Shown here: positions 52,667 through 62,942 of the stretch, piece by piece
Numbering within the stretch: the stretch's first letter is position 1
Layout of the letters: every line of letters starts with the position of its first letter
Assembly: GCA_963727455.1 (NCBI GenBank)
Contig: CAVSGG010000008.1
Coordinates: forward strand, 224,001 to 288,000
Origin: Candidatus Krumholzibacteriota bacterium
Lineage (GTDB): Bacteria > Krumholzibacteriota > Krumholzibacteriia > JAJRXK01
DNA: 64,000 nucleotides
Direction: 5' to 3'
Translations under genes and position numbers: made by a program
Notes under the pieces: model-generated
Told to the model about the DNA's origin: nothing
What the model saw: only the letters and a program-made list of their open reading frames with translations
The model's database searches: none

Positions 52667-54453
52667 ATCCGCTTGCATGCCCGGTTCAGCCAGCGCTGGT
52701 CCTTCTCCCCGAGCTTCTTGCCCAGCTTTTTCTTCACCCACGCGTGGTAGTCGTTGATCCAACGGCGCTCAGCCTGAGAAAGCAGCTTGGTCTCGATCAG
52801 ATTCGTATCCAGCGGACAGCAAGTCAGATCCTCGAAGCGGTACCAAGTCTCTTCGGCTCGGGAGAGTTCCTCATCCTTGCGTACCAGCACGAGGTTCTCG
52901 ATGCGAATGCCGAAGGCACCGGGCTCGTAGTAGCCCGGTTCGTTGGAAAGGACGTTGCCCTCTTCCAATGCGACGCCGGTGCATCGAGTGGGGCTGATAG
53001 CCTGTGGACCCTCATGCACGTTCAAGTATGCCCCAACCCCGTGTCCGGTTCCGTGGTTGTAATCGAAACCGTCCTCCCACAAGAACATCCGGGCGAGAGT
53101 ATCCAAGCGCATCCCCCGGACGCCACGCGGAAAGCGAGCTCGCGCGAGTGCAATATGACCTTGTAGCACTCGGGTGTACCGGCGACGCTGCTCGCGAGTC
53201 GCGCTTCCTCCCAACAGCCAGGTGCGCGTGATATCGGTGGTTCCATCCAGGTACTGCCCCCCCGAATCGATCAGATAAATGCCCTTGGGCTTCAGCTGGA
53301 CGTTGCTCTCCTCGTCCGCGGAGTAGTGGATGACCGCCCCGTGTGCGGCGTATGCGCTGATCGATTCGAAGGAAAGGCCGCGGAAATGCCTCCCGCGCGC
53401 GCGGAAGCCCTCGAGTTTGGCCGCGGCGCTCAGCTCGGTGATCCCGCCGCTCTTCAGGTTCTCAAAGAGCCAGCTCAAGAACCTCACCATGGCGACTCCA
53501 TCACGGACGTGCGCGGCCCGCATGCCTTTGATTTCCACTGCATTCTTGGCGGATTTCATCCGGAGCACCGGCGAGGGCTCGCTATGCAAACGCGCGCCCG
53601 CCAGCAGGTCTACCACCCAGGAATTCGCGGTAGCGCCGTCGACCCACACGCGGGCCTTTCTCCGCGATAGTGTCTTCAGCGCGCTTGCGATGGTCTGATA
53701 GCCGCGCACGCGTACTGATCGGCCGAGATGCCTGCGCACCGCGGGAGTGACCTTCTTGAGGTCCACGAAGAGAGTGGCGTCCTTCAAAGTCACGAGCGCG
53801 TAGGAAATGACCACGGGATTGTACTGAACGTCTCTCCCGCGAATGTTGAAAGTCCAGGCGATCGCATCCAAGGTGGTCAAGAGATGCGCCTCGACCCCGC
53901 GTTCTTTCATGTCCTTTCGGATGCGCCGCAGCTTGCTCGCAGAGGACTCTCCCGTGAAGGCCTTGGCCAGAGGAACGATGGGATCGCCGGGCATTCCCGG
54001 TCGATCACTCCAAACGGTATCGACGAGGTTTTCCGGCACCGGTTTGAGCCTCGCGCCGGTTTTCTCGAGTTGCTGCTTCAGCGCTTCGGCCCTGAGCAGA
54101 CTGAGAGTACGCGGATCGGCCCCCAGCTTGTCGCCCTTACCCAACTCGCGTCTCAAGAACTCAGCGATGGAGGGCACCCCAGGGTTGCCTGCTCGATAGA
54201 GCTTGATGCCGCTCCCCTTCAGCTGCTGCGCAGCCTGCAGGAAGTAGCGCCCGTCGGTCCATAGTCCCGCCTTGTTTGGGAGAACCAACAGATCACCGGC
54301 GCTTCCGGTGAATCCGCTCATGTAGGCTCGCCTTCGAAAGCACTCGGGCAGGTATTCGCTGTCATGAGCGTCCGTGCTCGGCACGAGATAGGCGCTGAGA
54401 CCTTTCTTTTGCATGAGCTGACGCAGCTTGGAGAGTTTTTCGCGAGTCTTCAT
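52663..54453 (-). CDS. Aminopeptidase P (M24B)
   Basis: SGFTGSAG, WTDGRY, DSGGQYLDGTTDITRT, HGTGHGVG, VHEGP, NEPGYY, GIRIEN. Confidence 0.95.
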   Translation of the reverse strand: MKTREKLSKLRQLMQKKGLSAYLVPSTDAHDSEYLPECFRRRAYMSGFTGSAGDLLVLPNKAGLWTDGRYFLQAAQQLKGSGIKLYRAGNPGVPSIAEFLRRELGKGDKLGADPRTLSLLRAEALKQQLEKTGARLKPVPENLVDTVWSDRPGMPGDPIVPLAKAFTGESSASKLRRIRKDMKERGVEAHLLTTLDAIAWTFNIRGRDVQYNPVVISYALVTLKDATLFVDLKKVTPAVRRHLGRSVRVRGYQTIASALKTLSRRKARVWVDGATANSWVVDLLAGARLHSEPSPVLRMKSAKNAVEIKGMRAAHVRDGVAMVRFLSWLFENLKSGGITELSAAAKLEGFRARGRHFRGLSFESISAYAAHGAVIHYSADEESNVQLKPKGIYLIDSGGQYLDGTTDITRTWLLGGSATREQRRRYTRVLQGHIALARARFPRGVRGMRLDTLARMFLWEDGFDYNHGTGHGVGAYLNVHEGPQAISPTRCTGVALEEGNVLSNEPGYYEPGAFGIRIENLVLVRKDEELSRAEETWYRFEDLTCCPLDTNLIETKLLSQAERRWINDYHAWVKKKLGKKLGEKDQRWLNRACKRI

Positions 54454-54462
54454 CTCACTCCT

Positions 54463-55923
54463 TCAGGCGGATACTTTGCCCTCGGCGACGAGTTTCTTCA
54501 GGATCGACTGAATGCTCAACGCAGCATAATCGCGCATTTCGACGGGGATGTCATCGTACACTTCCGCCACCAATTGCGAAAGCTCGCGCGTGCCTCTTCG
54601 TACGCAGTCCAGGATCGCCCGCTCGCGCTCTTCACGGTGGGCATACTGGGCCGTGAGCAATTGAACTCCCCAGTTGCTCGCGGGCCCGTGCGCGGGAAAG
54701 ACCATACGAACCGGAAGCTGTATCAAACGGCGAAGCGAGGCCATGTATTGAATCATGTCCCCGTCATCGGGATGCACCAGAATGCTCGAGAGCGTCGAAA
54801 CCATGTCGCCAGCGATGAGGCTGCCGTACTCCCTTTCGAAATAACACAGGTGACCCGCAGCGTGACCGGGAGTGAAGTGACACTCGAGTTCCCAGTCGCT
54901 CTTGGCGGCCGGTGTCACCCCCAAAGGCAATCGCTGCGCGTGCTCGAGCGTGCGATCGATTGCTATCCTTCCCTCGAGTAGTTTCTCGGTCGTCGCGTGG
55001 GCCCACACTTCAAGTCCGCGAGTCTTCTGCAGGTGCTCTACCGCACCCACGTGATCGGGATGATGGTGCGTGAGCAGAATTGCCCGCAGTCGCACCCCGT
55101 CCTCGATGGCGTCGTCGAGCGCCTCGTCCAGCCGAGCCTGAACCTCTTGGTGAGGCGAGGCCGGATCGACGAGATAGGCTGGATTGCGCCCCACCAGATA
55201 GGCGTTGGTGTGCGTGGCCGGAGGAAGGGTGGGCGTGCGCAAAGGAAGCAGTTGAACGGCTGGATTGAAGAAGATGGGATGAATCTTGCCGCGAGCAAAT
55301 CCCGCGCTGAGAGCTTCCAGTTCGTCCTGTACCCCCTCCCAACCGTGAGAGTGAAGCAGGCGCAAGATCAATACGATCGGCGGAGCGAGTAGCACTTCCC
55401 CCTTTTGCCACAGCGCAAGCCAGGCGCCCGCTTCCTCCCATCTTCCCTCGACCAACTCTCCCGGCCAAATCTCGGGCTCTTGGTCTTTTAGCTCCAAGCG
55501 AAAGAAGAGGGTGTCGAAGCGCACTGGATAGAAGGGGGGCGTAAGAAGCCGCGCCACCGGGCTGAAACGCGAGCTCGGGATCCGCCCTCCATTCTCGCGC
55601 AGCCCACGATAGTAGCGCTGAGACTCCTTCAGACTCTCTCGCCGCAGCGCCTCTCCATCTGCAGAGCGTGGATCGCTTGCGTCCACCCCCACTTCCTCCA
55701 ACATCTCCCTGGCCGCGCAGCCCAAGAAGGGCGCCAATTCCGAGTTCCCGCCATGGAGCAAATCGCCGCCCTGGTGGTCGCTCTTGCTCACGCTGCCGCC
55801 GGGAAAGGCCCAATAGCCACCCAAAAAACGCAGGCTCGGATTGCGCAGCACGAGATAGACCCTCGCATCACCCTTGCGGTGCAGAAGAATGCTGGCGGCC
55901 TGCCGAATGCGTTCAGAAACCAT
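54463..55923 (-). CDS. Nudix-fold / metallo-beta-lactamase fusion protein
   Basis: N-terminal WAFPGG...AAREMLEEVGV, RFDTLFF; C-terminal TPTLPPATHTN, LTHHHPDHVG, TPGHAAGH, AGD, PAHG. Confidence 0.85.
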   Translation of the reverse strand: MVSERIRQAASILLHRKGDARVYLVLRNPSLRFLGGYWAFPGGSVSKSDHQGGDLLHGGNSELAPFLGCAAREMLEEVGVDASDPRSADGEALRRESLKESQRYYRGLRENGGRIPSSRFSPVARLLTPPFYPVRFDTLFFRLELKDQEPEIWPGELVEGRWEEAGAWLALWQKGEVLLAPPIVLILRLLHSHGWEGVQDELEALSAGFARGKIHPIFFNPAVQLLPLRTPTLPPATHTNAYLVGRNPAYLVDPASPHQEVQARLDEALDDAIEDGVRLRAILLTHHHPDHVGAVEHLQKTRGLEVWAHATTEKLLEGRIAIDRTLEHAQRLPLGVTPAAKSDWELECHFTPGHAAGHLCYFEREYGSLIAGDMVSTLSSILVHPDDGDMIQYMASLRRLIQLPVRMVFPAHGPASNWGVQLLTAQYAHREERERAILDCVRRGTRELSQLVAEVYDDIPVEMRDYAALSIQSILKKLVAEGKVSA

Positions 55924-55965
55924 GGGTACCCAGGAACGAGGGAACGAAGGGGGAAACTGTCGCCA

Positions 55966-57186
55966 TCAGCGAAGCAGAGTCAGCGAAAAGCCATCTGCGC
56001 TGCGGAAATCTTGGAAGCGAAGTTGATAGACCCCGCTCGACACCGGACGGCCAGAGAAGTCCCGACCGTCCCAGTGCAAGAGATACTCGTCTTCTGCTAC
56101 CCCCGAAATCCGGAAGGTCTTCACCAGGCGTCCGCGCAGGTTGAAAATACTCAGCTCGAACGCGACACCATGATGCGGTGCGAGGAGGATTGCCCCTCCC
56201 GCTTGAAAAGGCTGTGGTCGCACTCCCAGGATACGCGCACTGTCCTTTCTGCTGGCCGGGGCCGCCGTCGGCGTTTCGAGCATGGCATAGATGGGGAAAC
56301 CCTCCATGTCGCTCGTATCGAGTTTCATGAGCTTGGCCAAGGTGGCGCCCAGATCGGACTGATCGCTCGTGGTGTCGATCTGTACTCCACTGCGGATGCC
56401 GACTCCTGCGGCAGCCAGAATGAGGTGCTGACATCCCTCGCAGCCGTCACCGTGATTCTGAAATCCATCGTGGGGCTCGTTCGGGCGATTGTCGTGACGT
56501 CCGTGATCGGCGGTTACTACGAGCGCACTTTGGCCCGCGAATTCCGGATCGTCCTGTAGGAAGTCCCAGAGCACTCCCACCAGGGAGTCTGCGCGCGAGA
56601 TCGCCGTGAGATATCCCTCCCAATCCGCGCCGTGGGCTATCAAGTCGACCTCTGGCAGGTTCACCGCCATGAAGCGCGGGTGGTAAAGAGCTAGCACGCC
56701 AAGAACCGTTTCCATGGTGGGGATGTCCGCCCCCATTCCCACGCTATCTCTGGCCGCGTATGCGATTCCACCTTCTGGATCGTCGCTGTAGGCGAGAACA
56801 TCCAGCTTCGACTTGCCCGCTACCACCCAAACGCTGCTCGCGGGCTGTCCGCTGCTCTTCCGGTAGCGTTCGAAGAGGGTGAGATCATGTGGCGGCTCGC
56901 TGCCGTCGTTCGCGAGAAACTGATGACGTCCGGTGAGCGTGGTCGCGTGCCCGGATACGGTGAGGGTGTATCCGTCGTTGCGGAAGTCAGTGAGGATACA
57001 GCCGGCGGGGCGCAGATCGTTCCAGATGCGCGGGATACGTTCCGGCTGGGCGAAACTCTCCGAGTAACGGGGTCCATCGAGGAATACCACCACGACGTGA
57101 TCCGGCGCAGCTTGGGCCATTGCCGTGACGGCGCTGCCAGGGCCGCAAAGAATGAGGATCACGATCGCCAACAAACGACGGCACAC
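55966..57186 (-). CDS. Secreted alkaline phosphatase/sulfatase-superfamily protein with FlgD-Ig/T9SS-type CTD
   Basis: Signal peptide; VVFLDGPR, TVSGHATTLTG, VDLIAH, VTADHGRH. Tail IFNLRGRLVK...WDGRD...SSGVY. Confidence 0.8.
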   Translation of the reverse strand: MCRRLLAIVILILCGPGSAVTAMAQAAPDHVVVVFLDGPRYSESFAQPERIPRIWNDLRPAGCILTDFRNDGYTLTVSGHATTLTGRHQFLANDGSEPPHDLTLFERYRKSSGQPASSVWVVAGKSKLDVLAYSDDPEGGIAYAARDSVGMGADIPTMETVLGVLALYHPRFMAVNLPEVDLIAHGADWEGYLTAISRADSLVGVLWDFLQDDPEFAGQSALVVTADHGRHDNRPNEPHDGFQNHGDGCEGCQHLILAAAGVGIRSGVQIDTTSDQSDLGATLAKLMKLDTSDMEGFPIYAMLETPTAAPASRKDSARILGVRPQPFQAGGAILLAPHHGVAFELSIFNLRGRLVKTFRISGVAEDEYLLHWDGRDFSGRPVSSGVYQLRFQDFRSADGFSLTLLR

Positions 57187-57329
57187 CTTTCAACCTCCCA
57201 AAAGAACACGAACAGCTTAAAGGAAGCTTGTCCCCTCTGCCTAGCTGGGTTTTACTCAGTCGGACTTCGATCGCATCGCGAAGCGGCTGCACGAAGCGCA
57301 AGGCTCGCTCCTCATCTTGCGAGGCAAGC

Positions 57330-57776
57330 ATGTTTTTAACCCGCAGAATCGGCCTCCCGCTCTACTTCCTCCTGCTGCTCCTCTTGGCACTGGGCCTGAA
57401 TCTCGTACGGGGATTCGATCTCGCGCGGCGCCACCAAGCTCAACTCGCTCCACGGAGCGTCAACACGGTGCTCGACCTTCGCTCGGGGGTCGATTCCACG
57501 ATCACAGTCGACTCCGAGCAGAAGTATCTCCTGGTCATACTGCCCGAAGCGAGGAAAGCCCCGCTCGCTCTCCGCGAGATTCTTCCGGGCCGAACCCTAT
57601 TGCGTTGGCAAGAGAAGCTCGAAGGCAAGGGGAATTGGCTGGTAGTTCCCTTGACGGGGCTTTCAAAGGGTGCATTCGGCTTGTGCTGGTCCACTACTGA
57701 AAGAACCAAATCGGTGCAACTCGAGGAGCAACTCGATACCGAGCAGGAATGGCTGGGACGTTTCACGCTCGAATGA
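57330..57776 (+). CDS. Hypothetical membrane-anchored protein
   Basis: ORF fills the gap between two minus-strand genes; N-terminal TM helix. Confidence 0.5.
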   Translation: MFLTRRIGLPLYFLLLLLLALGLNLVRGFDLARRHQAQLAPRSVNTVLDLRSGVDSTITVDSEQKYLLVILPEARKAPLALREILPGRTLLRWQEKLEGKGNWLVVPLTGLSKGAFGLCWSTTERTKSVQLEEQLDTEQEWLGRFTLE

Positions 57777-57804
57777 TCCTTCGGCGCCGCTCCATCTCCC
57801 CAGT

Positions 57805-60800
57805 CTATTTCAGCAGAACCAAAGGGCGCGTGGAAACGACCCCCGTCGCCTTCAGTCTCAGATGGTAGACCCCACTGGCGAGTTGCTGCCCGCGGGAATC
57901 CCTGCCATCCCAGTCCACGGTGTGATCCCCGGCAGCAAGCTTCCCCGCGAGGAGAGAGCGCACCATCCGGCCCCGCGTATCGAAAATGCGCAGGTCGATG
58001 ACTCCGGCCCGGGCGAGTACGAATCGAATTCTCGTGCTGGGGTTGAAGGGATTCGGCTCATTCTCCAAGAGCCGGGTAGAAGCGGCCAAGGGCGGGGCGG
58101 CGACCGCGGTCTGGGAGCAAGCCGCCCCAAATGCTCCCATCAACCCACAAGCGGGGACATCCAGGAGCGGAGACTCTTGCGAGAGATGGTAGTCGCCTGC
58201 GTCGGGATCGCAGAAATAGGGCGGCTCGGCCAAGTTGCCGTCCATTCCGCGCGGATCGTCGACGCCGAGAAACGATTCCATGCTGGCGAAAAGAGCATAA
58301 AAGTCGTTGCAGGTGATTGCTGGAGGCGGCGCGCCCGCTTCCACTTCGATTGCCGACTCGGAGATCCGGCTGAATATGTTCGATTCGATCGTGGCGGAGT
58401 CCGCTGTCGCTTGAACGAACACGGCGCGTGGCACATCCACCACGGTGCAGTTCCGCAGGAGAAGCCCCCCCTGTGCCAGTCGCACCGCCCGGGCCACCTT
58501 GGTGAGGAGCGCTCCTTCGAGCGCCGCGTCTCCGCCCTGAACCAGTACCGCGGTTCCCTGCGACTGAAACGAAATGTCCATCGCCCGCAGGAAGCCGGCC
58601 TCCAGCCGAAGCCCGCGGCTTCCCCCTTGCACATCCACACCCCGCACCACCGCGCTGTCGGACGGAGTCCAGCCCGTGAGCGGGCCGGCATAGATCCCGG
58701 TCCCCAGGGCCGGCACCTGGATCACGCTCTCCTCGCTTCCCATCCCGACTAGCGAACGGCCGGGGGGCAGGGCCACGTTCACCGGACGCAGAGACCCGTC
58801 GAGCAGGAGTTCAACGGTGCCCGAGTACGAGCCCGCGGCGAGACGAAGGGTATCTCCCAACGCGCTCTCCGCCACGGCGGCAGCGATGGACTGCAGAGGG
58901 CGCTCCTTTAGACCACAGCCAAAATCGTCGCTTCCTTCGTTACTCACCCAGATGCTATTGCCCCGCTTCGTGCCAAAGAAGACATCGTCCAGAATCCAAC
59001 CTATACTCTCTACTGAAGCATCGCTGATCCGACGGAAGCGAATGCGGGCTCGCTCTCCCGCGTAGGCCGAGAGATCCAGACTCTCGTGGATCCAATCCCC
59101 TGGTTGCAAGGTGACGTCCGACCAATCCGCACCATCCTGTCCGGTATGATCGCTCCCCAGATAGCGCGCGATCTCCTGCCAGTGCCCACCGTCGTCCAGG
59201 CTCAACTCCACCGCAGCAAAATCGCCATCCAGCGCGAGTTGCGCTGCGTGCGTGAAATTTAGGACGCTCTCGCTGGTCAGATCCACCGGATCTATGAGTT
59301 CCGCCACCGCGGTGTCGTTGGGAGCATAGGTGGTCAGAGGATTTGCGTGATCCAGCAGAGCCTTCGTGCCACTGAAATTCTGGTCGATTATGGTGAATCC
59401 CTTCAGAGCGAAGAGCGTGGAATCGCCAGGCTCGAATCCTGTTTGCACGGCACTCGGCGTGCTTCCGACGTAGACGCTTGCGCTCCGGGAGGGACCGGCC
59501 ACGTCGGCAAACCAAGGGACTACGCTGAGAAGATGGTGGCCGGAAGGAACCGAGGTGTTCAGGGACTGGGTGGTATCGGGAACGGTGACCAGGGGCGCGG
59601 CATCGAGCGTGATCTGCAGCGAATCGTAGACTCCGTCGTTGGTCCAGCTGAGCTGCACTGGGTCGAGTTCGACACTCTGAAGGAGCGCTTGGGCGTGCAA
59701 GTTTTGCACGGCGCGCACGACCACCGCACCCCAGGGAATCCAGGCCCCCCAGCTCACTGCGGTAGCTATGTGTACCGATGGAAGTTCCTGTAGTCGAAAA
59801 ACCCGCTCTTCCGCCGTCACCGCAGTATGCTGCAGCAGCGTCGAACCCTGGGCGCCGATGATGGTGTCAGCCTGTTGTACGAAGGTTCCCAGCGTGTCCA
59901 GCTCAGTCACCCGGCTCAGAGGCGCCTCTCGCTCCGCCGCGGCAAGCACGTAGCAGAGATCGTCCACAGCAAGACTCAGCCGCAGATGATCCGTATCGCC
60001 ACGAGGCCTGAGACTGTGCAGCTTCAGAAACGAGGCATTCGGCGCGCGCGGAGTCGCCTCTCGCTGCGCGAAATCCGCCGCGGTGTCGGTGTCCGTGGCC
60101 AAGCTGTCGCGGCCCAGGGTGCTCCCGAAGCTGGGGGTCTGTAGAGTCCCGGTGAAGGAGAGACCGCTCGGCACCGGCTCTAAGCTGCTCTGGCTGCCAT
60201 CCCAGCGCACGAAGTCGAGCGGCGTCGCAGCGGCATTCAGCAGAGTGCAGGCTCCGTCCGCTCCTTCCTTCCACGGAATGCTCCAGCCGGGAAAGAAGAG
60301 ATCGAAGCCGGTGTCGTTGGCGGCGGAACCGCCCTCGTGCAACACCACGCTTCTTCCCGGGCCCAGCTGAAAGCCGCTGGGAATCGCAGCCACCCTCTCG
60401 CTGCCCGTGCTGAAGTCGTTGCGATGGGCAATCACGGTGTAGCCCCCTAGCGAGACTGTGCTCTCTCCTGCATTGGTGATTTCCACCCAGTCCGAATCAC
60501 CCAGGAATAGCTCACCGATCACTACGCCGGCTCCCGCCAGAGGTTCGGGCTGCACCCAGGCCGCATCCAGAGGCAGCTGCTGCCAGTCGTCGTCCGGCTC
60601 GAGAGCGTCGTCGAACAGCGCGGTTCTGCCCTGTGTCACCGCGATTTGAAAGAGCGCGGGATCCTCCGCGTAATCGCTGCGCCAAGCCTCGTGGAAGTCC
60701 TCGTAGCTGATGGCTTCAGAACCGGGTAGAGCGGGGAGATCGACGCTGAGCACGTGGAAAAACCGCGCGGCGCCGTCCACTGCCGCGTCCTGGCGCAGAT

Positions 60801-62244
60801 CGTCATCTCCCGGGCTGCCATCGGGAGTATTCGTGTCATCGACCAGATCCCACAGCATCGCGGCAACGTTGCTCACCGACCGCTGGCCGCGTACGGCGGC
60901 ACTGTCACCGTAACTCAGCTCGCGCGTCTCCAGATCGAAACCGTCCTGTGCCGCTCCCGGGAAGCCGAGTGGCGGAGGAAAGGTCAGATCGATGTACGTG
61001 CTGACTTCGTCGTCGGCGGGATTCCCATCGTCGTCCAGTCGCGTCAGGGCGCGATGCTGGCGCACCAAAGAGCCGAAGACGATGGCGGCCCCGTCACCGA
61101 AAGCACTCAGCGGATCGCGATCGAGATCCAGGCCGGTGAAGCCCAGGGAGAGGTCGCTTCTCCCGTAGGTCTCGAGGAACCAGCGTCCCACCTGGGCCAA
61201 GAGCACACTGTCCGACCAGGAGTCATCGTCTCCACCGCCGGGGCTGGCGATGCGAAAGACCCCATCCTGGTAGCTGCTCGAAATTTGAGTCGAAGCGGGC
61301 GCCCAGATGGCCGGGGGCATTTGTGCCGGCGCCGCACCGAGCCAAGCCGGCTCCTGGAGGAGTTCGACCGCATCCAGGAGGCAGTCCAGAAGATTGAAGG
61401 CGCCGAGAGTGTCATTGCTGGCGTTGTCGCTCAAAAGCAAGCTCTGAAGATCGAGCGACACCCCTGGACCCAAGCTGGTGATCTGGACGACCTCGCGAAC
61501 TAGAGGCTGCGCTTGACTCAGATCTCCCCCGGGGCCCGCTTGGTCCAGGACGCGCGCGTCCACTCCCGTCAAGCCCTCCACTTCGCTAAGAATTCGGATC
61601 TTTACGTCGGTCGGCGCGAGTGGCTCGAAACTGAGCAGAAAACTCCCGTCGGAGCCACTGGCAGTCGATGCCAGGAGAGAATCGTCGCCGGCTCGGGTGA
61701 GTTCGACGCGGAGGTGACGGAGCGGCAGAGTTCGCGTGGCGCCCGTGTATCCAGCGAGATCGAAAATCCGGTCGCGATAGAGCAGTTTGCCGCTGATGGT
61801 GCTCGCGGACGCAAGTAGCTGCTGCACACTCGCATCCTCCGCGTCGAGAGGCACCTTTCGATCCCTCGGCGCTTGCAGCAAGCTCTCGGCGTCCACGATG
61901 CGCTCTGGAAGCGTCGCCTTGGGCCGCGCGCGCCAGAGACTGACACGACGCACTTCGCCCTCCTCGCTCTTACGGCTTCCTCGCATCTCCACCGCCAAGG
62001 CCCGCGGAGGGACGATCAGAGGCAAGCGAGCAAGGAGTTGCTGGGGAGCTGGGAGGGGCTGCGGGACGTCCTGCGCCCCGAGCGGGATCCACGAACTCCA
62101 GCGCGAAGCCGTCAAAATCCGGGCGCTCCAGAGCTCCTCGCTGGCCAGGGCGGGAGCTGCCACCAGCAAGAGAGAGAGCGAGAGGAGGAGAATACCCCTC
62201 GGCACGCTCGAAAGGCGCAGGAAGACCGAATGGCGAGAATGCAT
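57805..62244 (-). CDS. About 1480-aa secreted multidomain protein: degenerate metallopeptidase-like domain, lamin-tail-like domain, beta-sandwiches, beta-helix, FlgD-Ig/T9SS-type CTD
   Basis: Signal peptide ending APALA; VVIGELF...DWVEITN...LGGY (LTD-like); VELSLDDGGHW...GWILDDV; SIAAAV...GDTLRLAAGSY plus beta-helix and DYHLSQESP; PNPFNPSTRIRF...WDGRD...LASGVY tail. Start placed at ATG 62244. Confidence 0.75.
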   Translation of the reverse strand: MHSRHSVFLRLSSVPRGILLLSLSLLLVAAPALASEELWSARILTASRWSSWIPLGAQDVPQPLPAPQQLLARLPLIVPPRALAVEMRGSRKSEEGEVRRVSLWRARPKATLPERIVDAESLLQAPRDRKVPLDAEDASVQQLLASASTISGKLLYRDRIFDLAGYTGATRTLPLRHLRVELTRAGDDSLLASTASGSDGSFLLSFEPLAPTDVKIRILSEVEGLTGVDARVLDQAGPGGDLSQAQPLVREVVQITSLGPGVSLDLQSLLLSDNASNDTLGAFNLLDCLLDAVELLQEPAWLGAAPAQMPPAIWAPASTQISSSYQDGVFRIASPGGGDDDSWSDSVLLAQVGRWFLETYGRSDLSLGFTGLDLDRDPLSAFGDGAAIVFGSLVRQHRALTRLDDDGNPADDEVSTYIDLTFPPPLGFPGAAQDGFDLETRELSYGDSAAVRGQRSVSNVAAMLWDLVDDTNTPDGSPGDDDLRQDAAVDGAARFFHVLSVDLPALPGSEAISYEDFHEAWRSDYAEDPALFQIAVTQGRTALFDDALEPDDDWQQLPLDAAWVQPEPLAGAGVVIGELFLGDSDWVEITNAGESTVSLGGYTVIAHRNDFSTGSERVAAIPSGFQLGPGRSVVLHEGGSAANDTGFDLFFPGWSIPWKEGADGACTLLNAAATPLDFVRWDGSQSSLEPVPSGLSFTGTLQTPSFGSTLGRDSLATDTDTAADFAQREATPRAPNASFLKLHSLRPRGDTDHLRLSLAVDDLCYVLAAAEREAPLSRVTELDTLGTFVQQADTIIGAQGSTLLQHTAVTAEERVFRLQELPSVHIATAVSWGAWIPWGAVVVRAVQNLHAQALLQSVELDPVQLSWTNDGVYDSLQITLDAAPLVTVPDTTQSLNTSVPSGHHLLSVVPWFADVAGPSRSASVYVGSTPSAVQTGFEPGDSTLFALKGFTIIDQNFSGTKALLDHANPLTTYAPNDTAVAELIDPVDLTSESVLNFTHAAQLALDGDFAAVELSLDDGGHWQEIARYLGSDHTGQDGADWSDVTLQPGDWIHESLDLSAYAGERARIRFRRISDASVESIGWILDDVFFGTKRGNSIWVSNEGSDDFGCGLKERPLQSIAAAVAESALGDTLRLAAGSYSGTVELLLDGSLRPVNVALPPGRSLVGMGSEESVIQVPALGTGIYAGPLTGWTPSDSAVVRGVDVQGGSRGLRLEAGFLRAMDISFQSQGTAVLVQGGDAALEGALLTKVARAVRLAQGGLLLRNCTVVDVPRAVFVQATADSATIESNIFSRISESAIEVEAGAPPPAITCNDFYALFASMESFLGVDDPRGMDGNLAEPPYFCDPDAGDYHLSQESPLLDVPACGLMGAFGAACSQTAVAAPPLAASTRLLENEPNPFNPSTRIRFVLARAGVIDLRIFDTRGRMVRSLLAGKLAAGDHTVDWDGRDSRGQQLASGVYHLRLKATGVVSTRPLVLLK

Positions 62245-62472
62245 GAAATGATGCCGATTGCTGGAGAAGATCTTATCCTGACTCCGATTGTAGACGCTTC
62301 GCCGTCGCCTTCGCAAGCGGCACAGCCCCCTGGCCGACGCGGGCGAAATCGGCCTTCGGCCAAGTAGCCGCATTTTGGCCAAGAAGCCGTTGGAAAGGTC
62401 TCTTGGCCCGCCTATATTGGCGCTGGATTCCCCCGCCTCTTTCGGCACGTCCCGAAAGGAGGACCTTCGATC

Positions 62473-62892
62473 ATGAAGTTCCGTTTCCTCATCGGAATCT
62501 GCCTCATCGTGGCAGCTGTGACCTATCTCTCCATCCAGGGCTTCCAGAAGGGCAAGCGCTACTATCACACCTGTGATGAGGTCGCCGAAATGGGCAGCAA
62601 GGCCGTGGGCCACCCGATCAAGATCGCCGGAGTGGTGAAGGCCGGCTCGATTCGCCGTGATGGCGATGTCCTGAACTTCACCCTCGAGTACGAGGGCGCG
62701 CACTATCCGGTGCAATACGTAGGCTCCGATCCCGTTCCCGACACCTTCAAAGACGGCGTCCAAGCGGTGGTAGATGGAACCTTGAACCAAGAGGGCGTCT
62801 TCGTTGGCGAGAAGATCCAGGCCAAGTGCGCTTCGAAGTACGAGGCCGACTACGGCCCGGATGCGGGCAAGCCCACCGGCAACAGCGCCTAA
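62473..62892 (+). CDS. ccmE: Cytochrome c maturation heme chaperone, CxxxY variant
   Basis: N-terminal TM, VPDTFKDG, IQAKCASKY; upstream of ccmF. Confidence 0.9.
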   Translation: MKFRFLIGICLIVAAVTYLSIQGFQKGKRYYHTCDEVAEMGSKAVGHPIKIAGVVKAGSIRRDGDVLNFTLEYEGAHYPVQYVGSDPVPDTFKDGVQAVVDGTLNQEGVFVGEKIQAKCASKYEADYGPDAGKPTGNSA

Positions 62893-62942
62893 GATCTTGA
62901 ACTACCGGGATTCCCCAATTCACCGCATGGAGCCACCTTCTC

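Noticed and set aside
62245-62790. 182-aa N-terminal extension of the 1661-aa ORF
   Set aside because: Overlaps ccmE on the other strand; the signal peptide starts at Met 62244.
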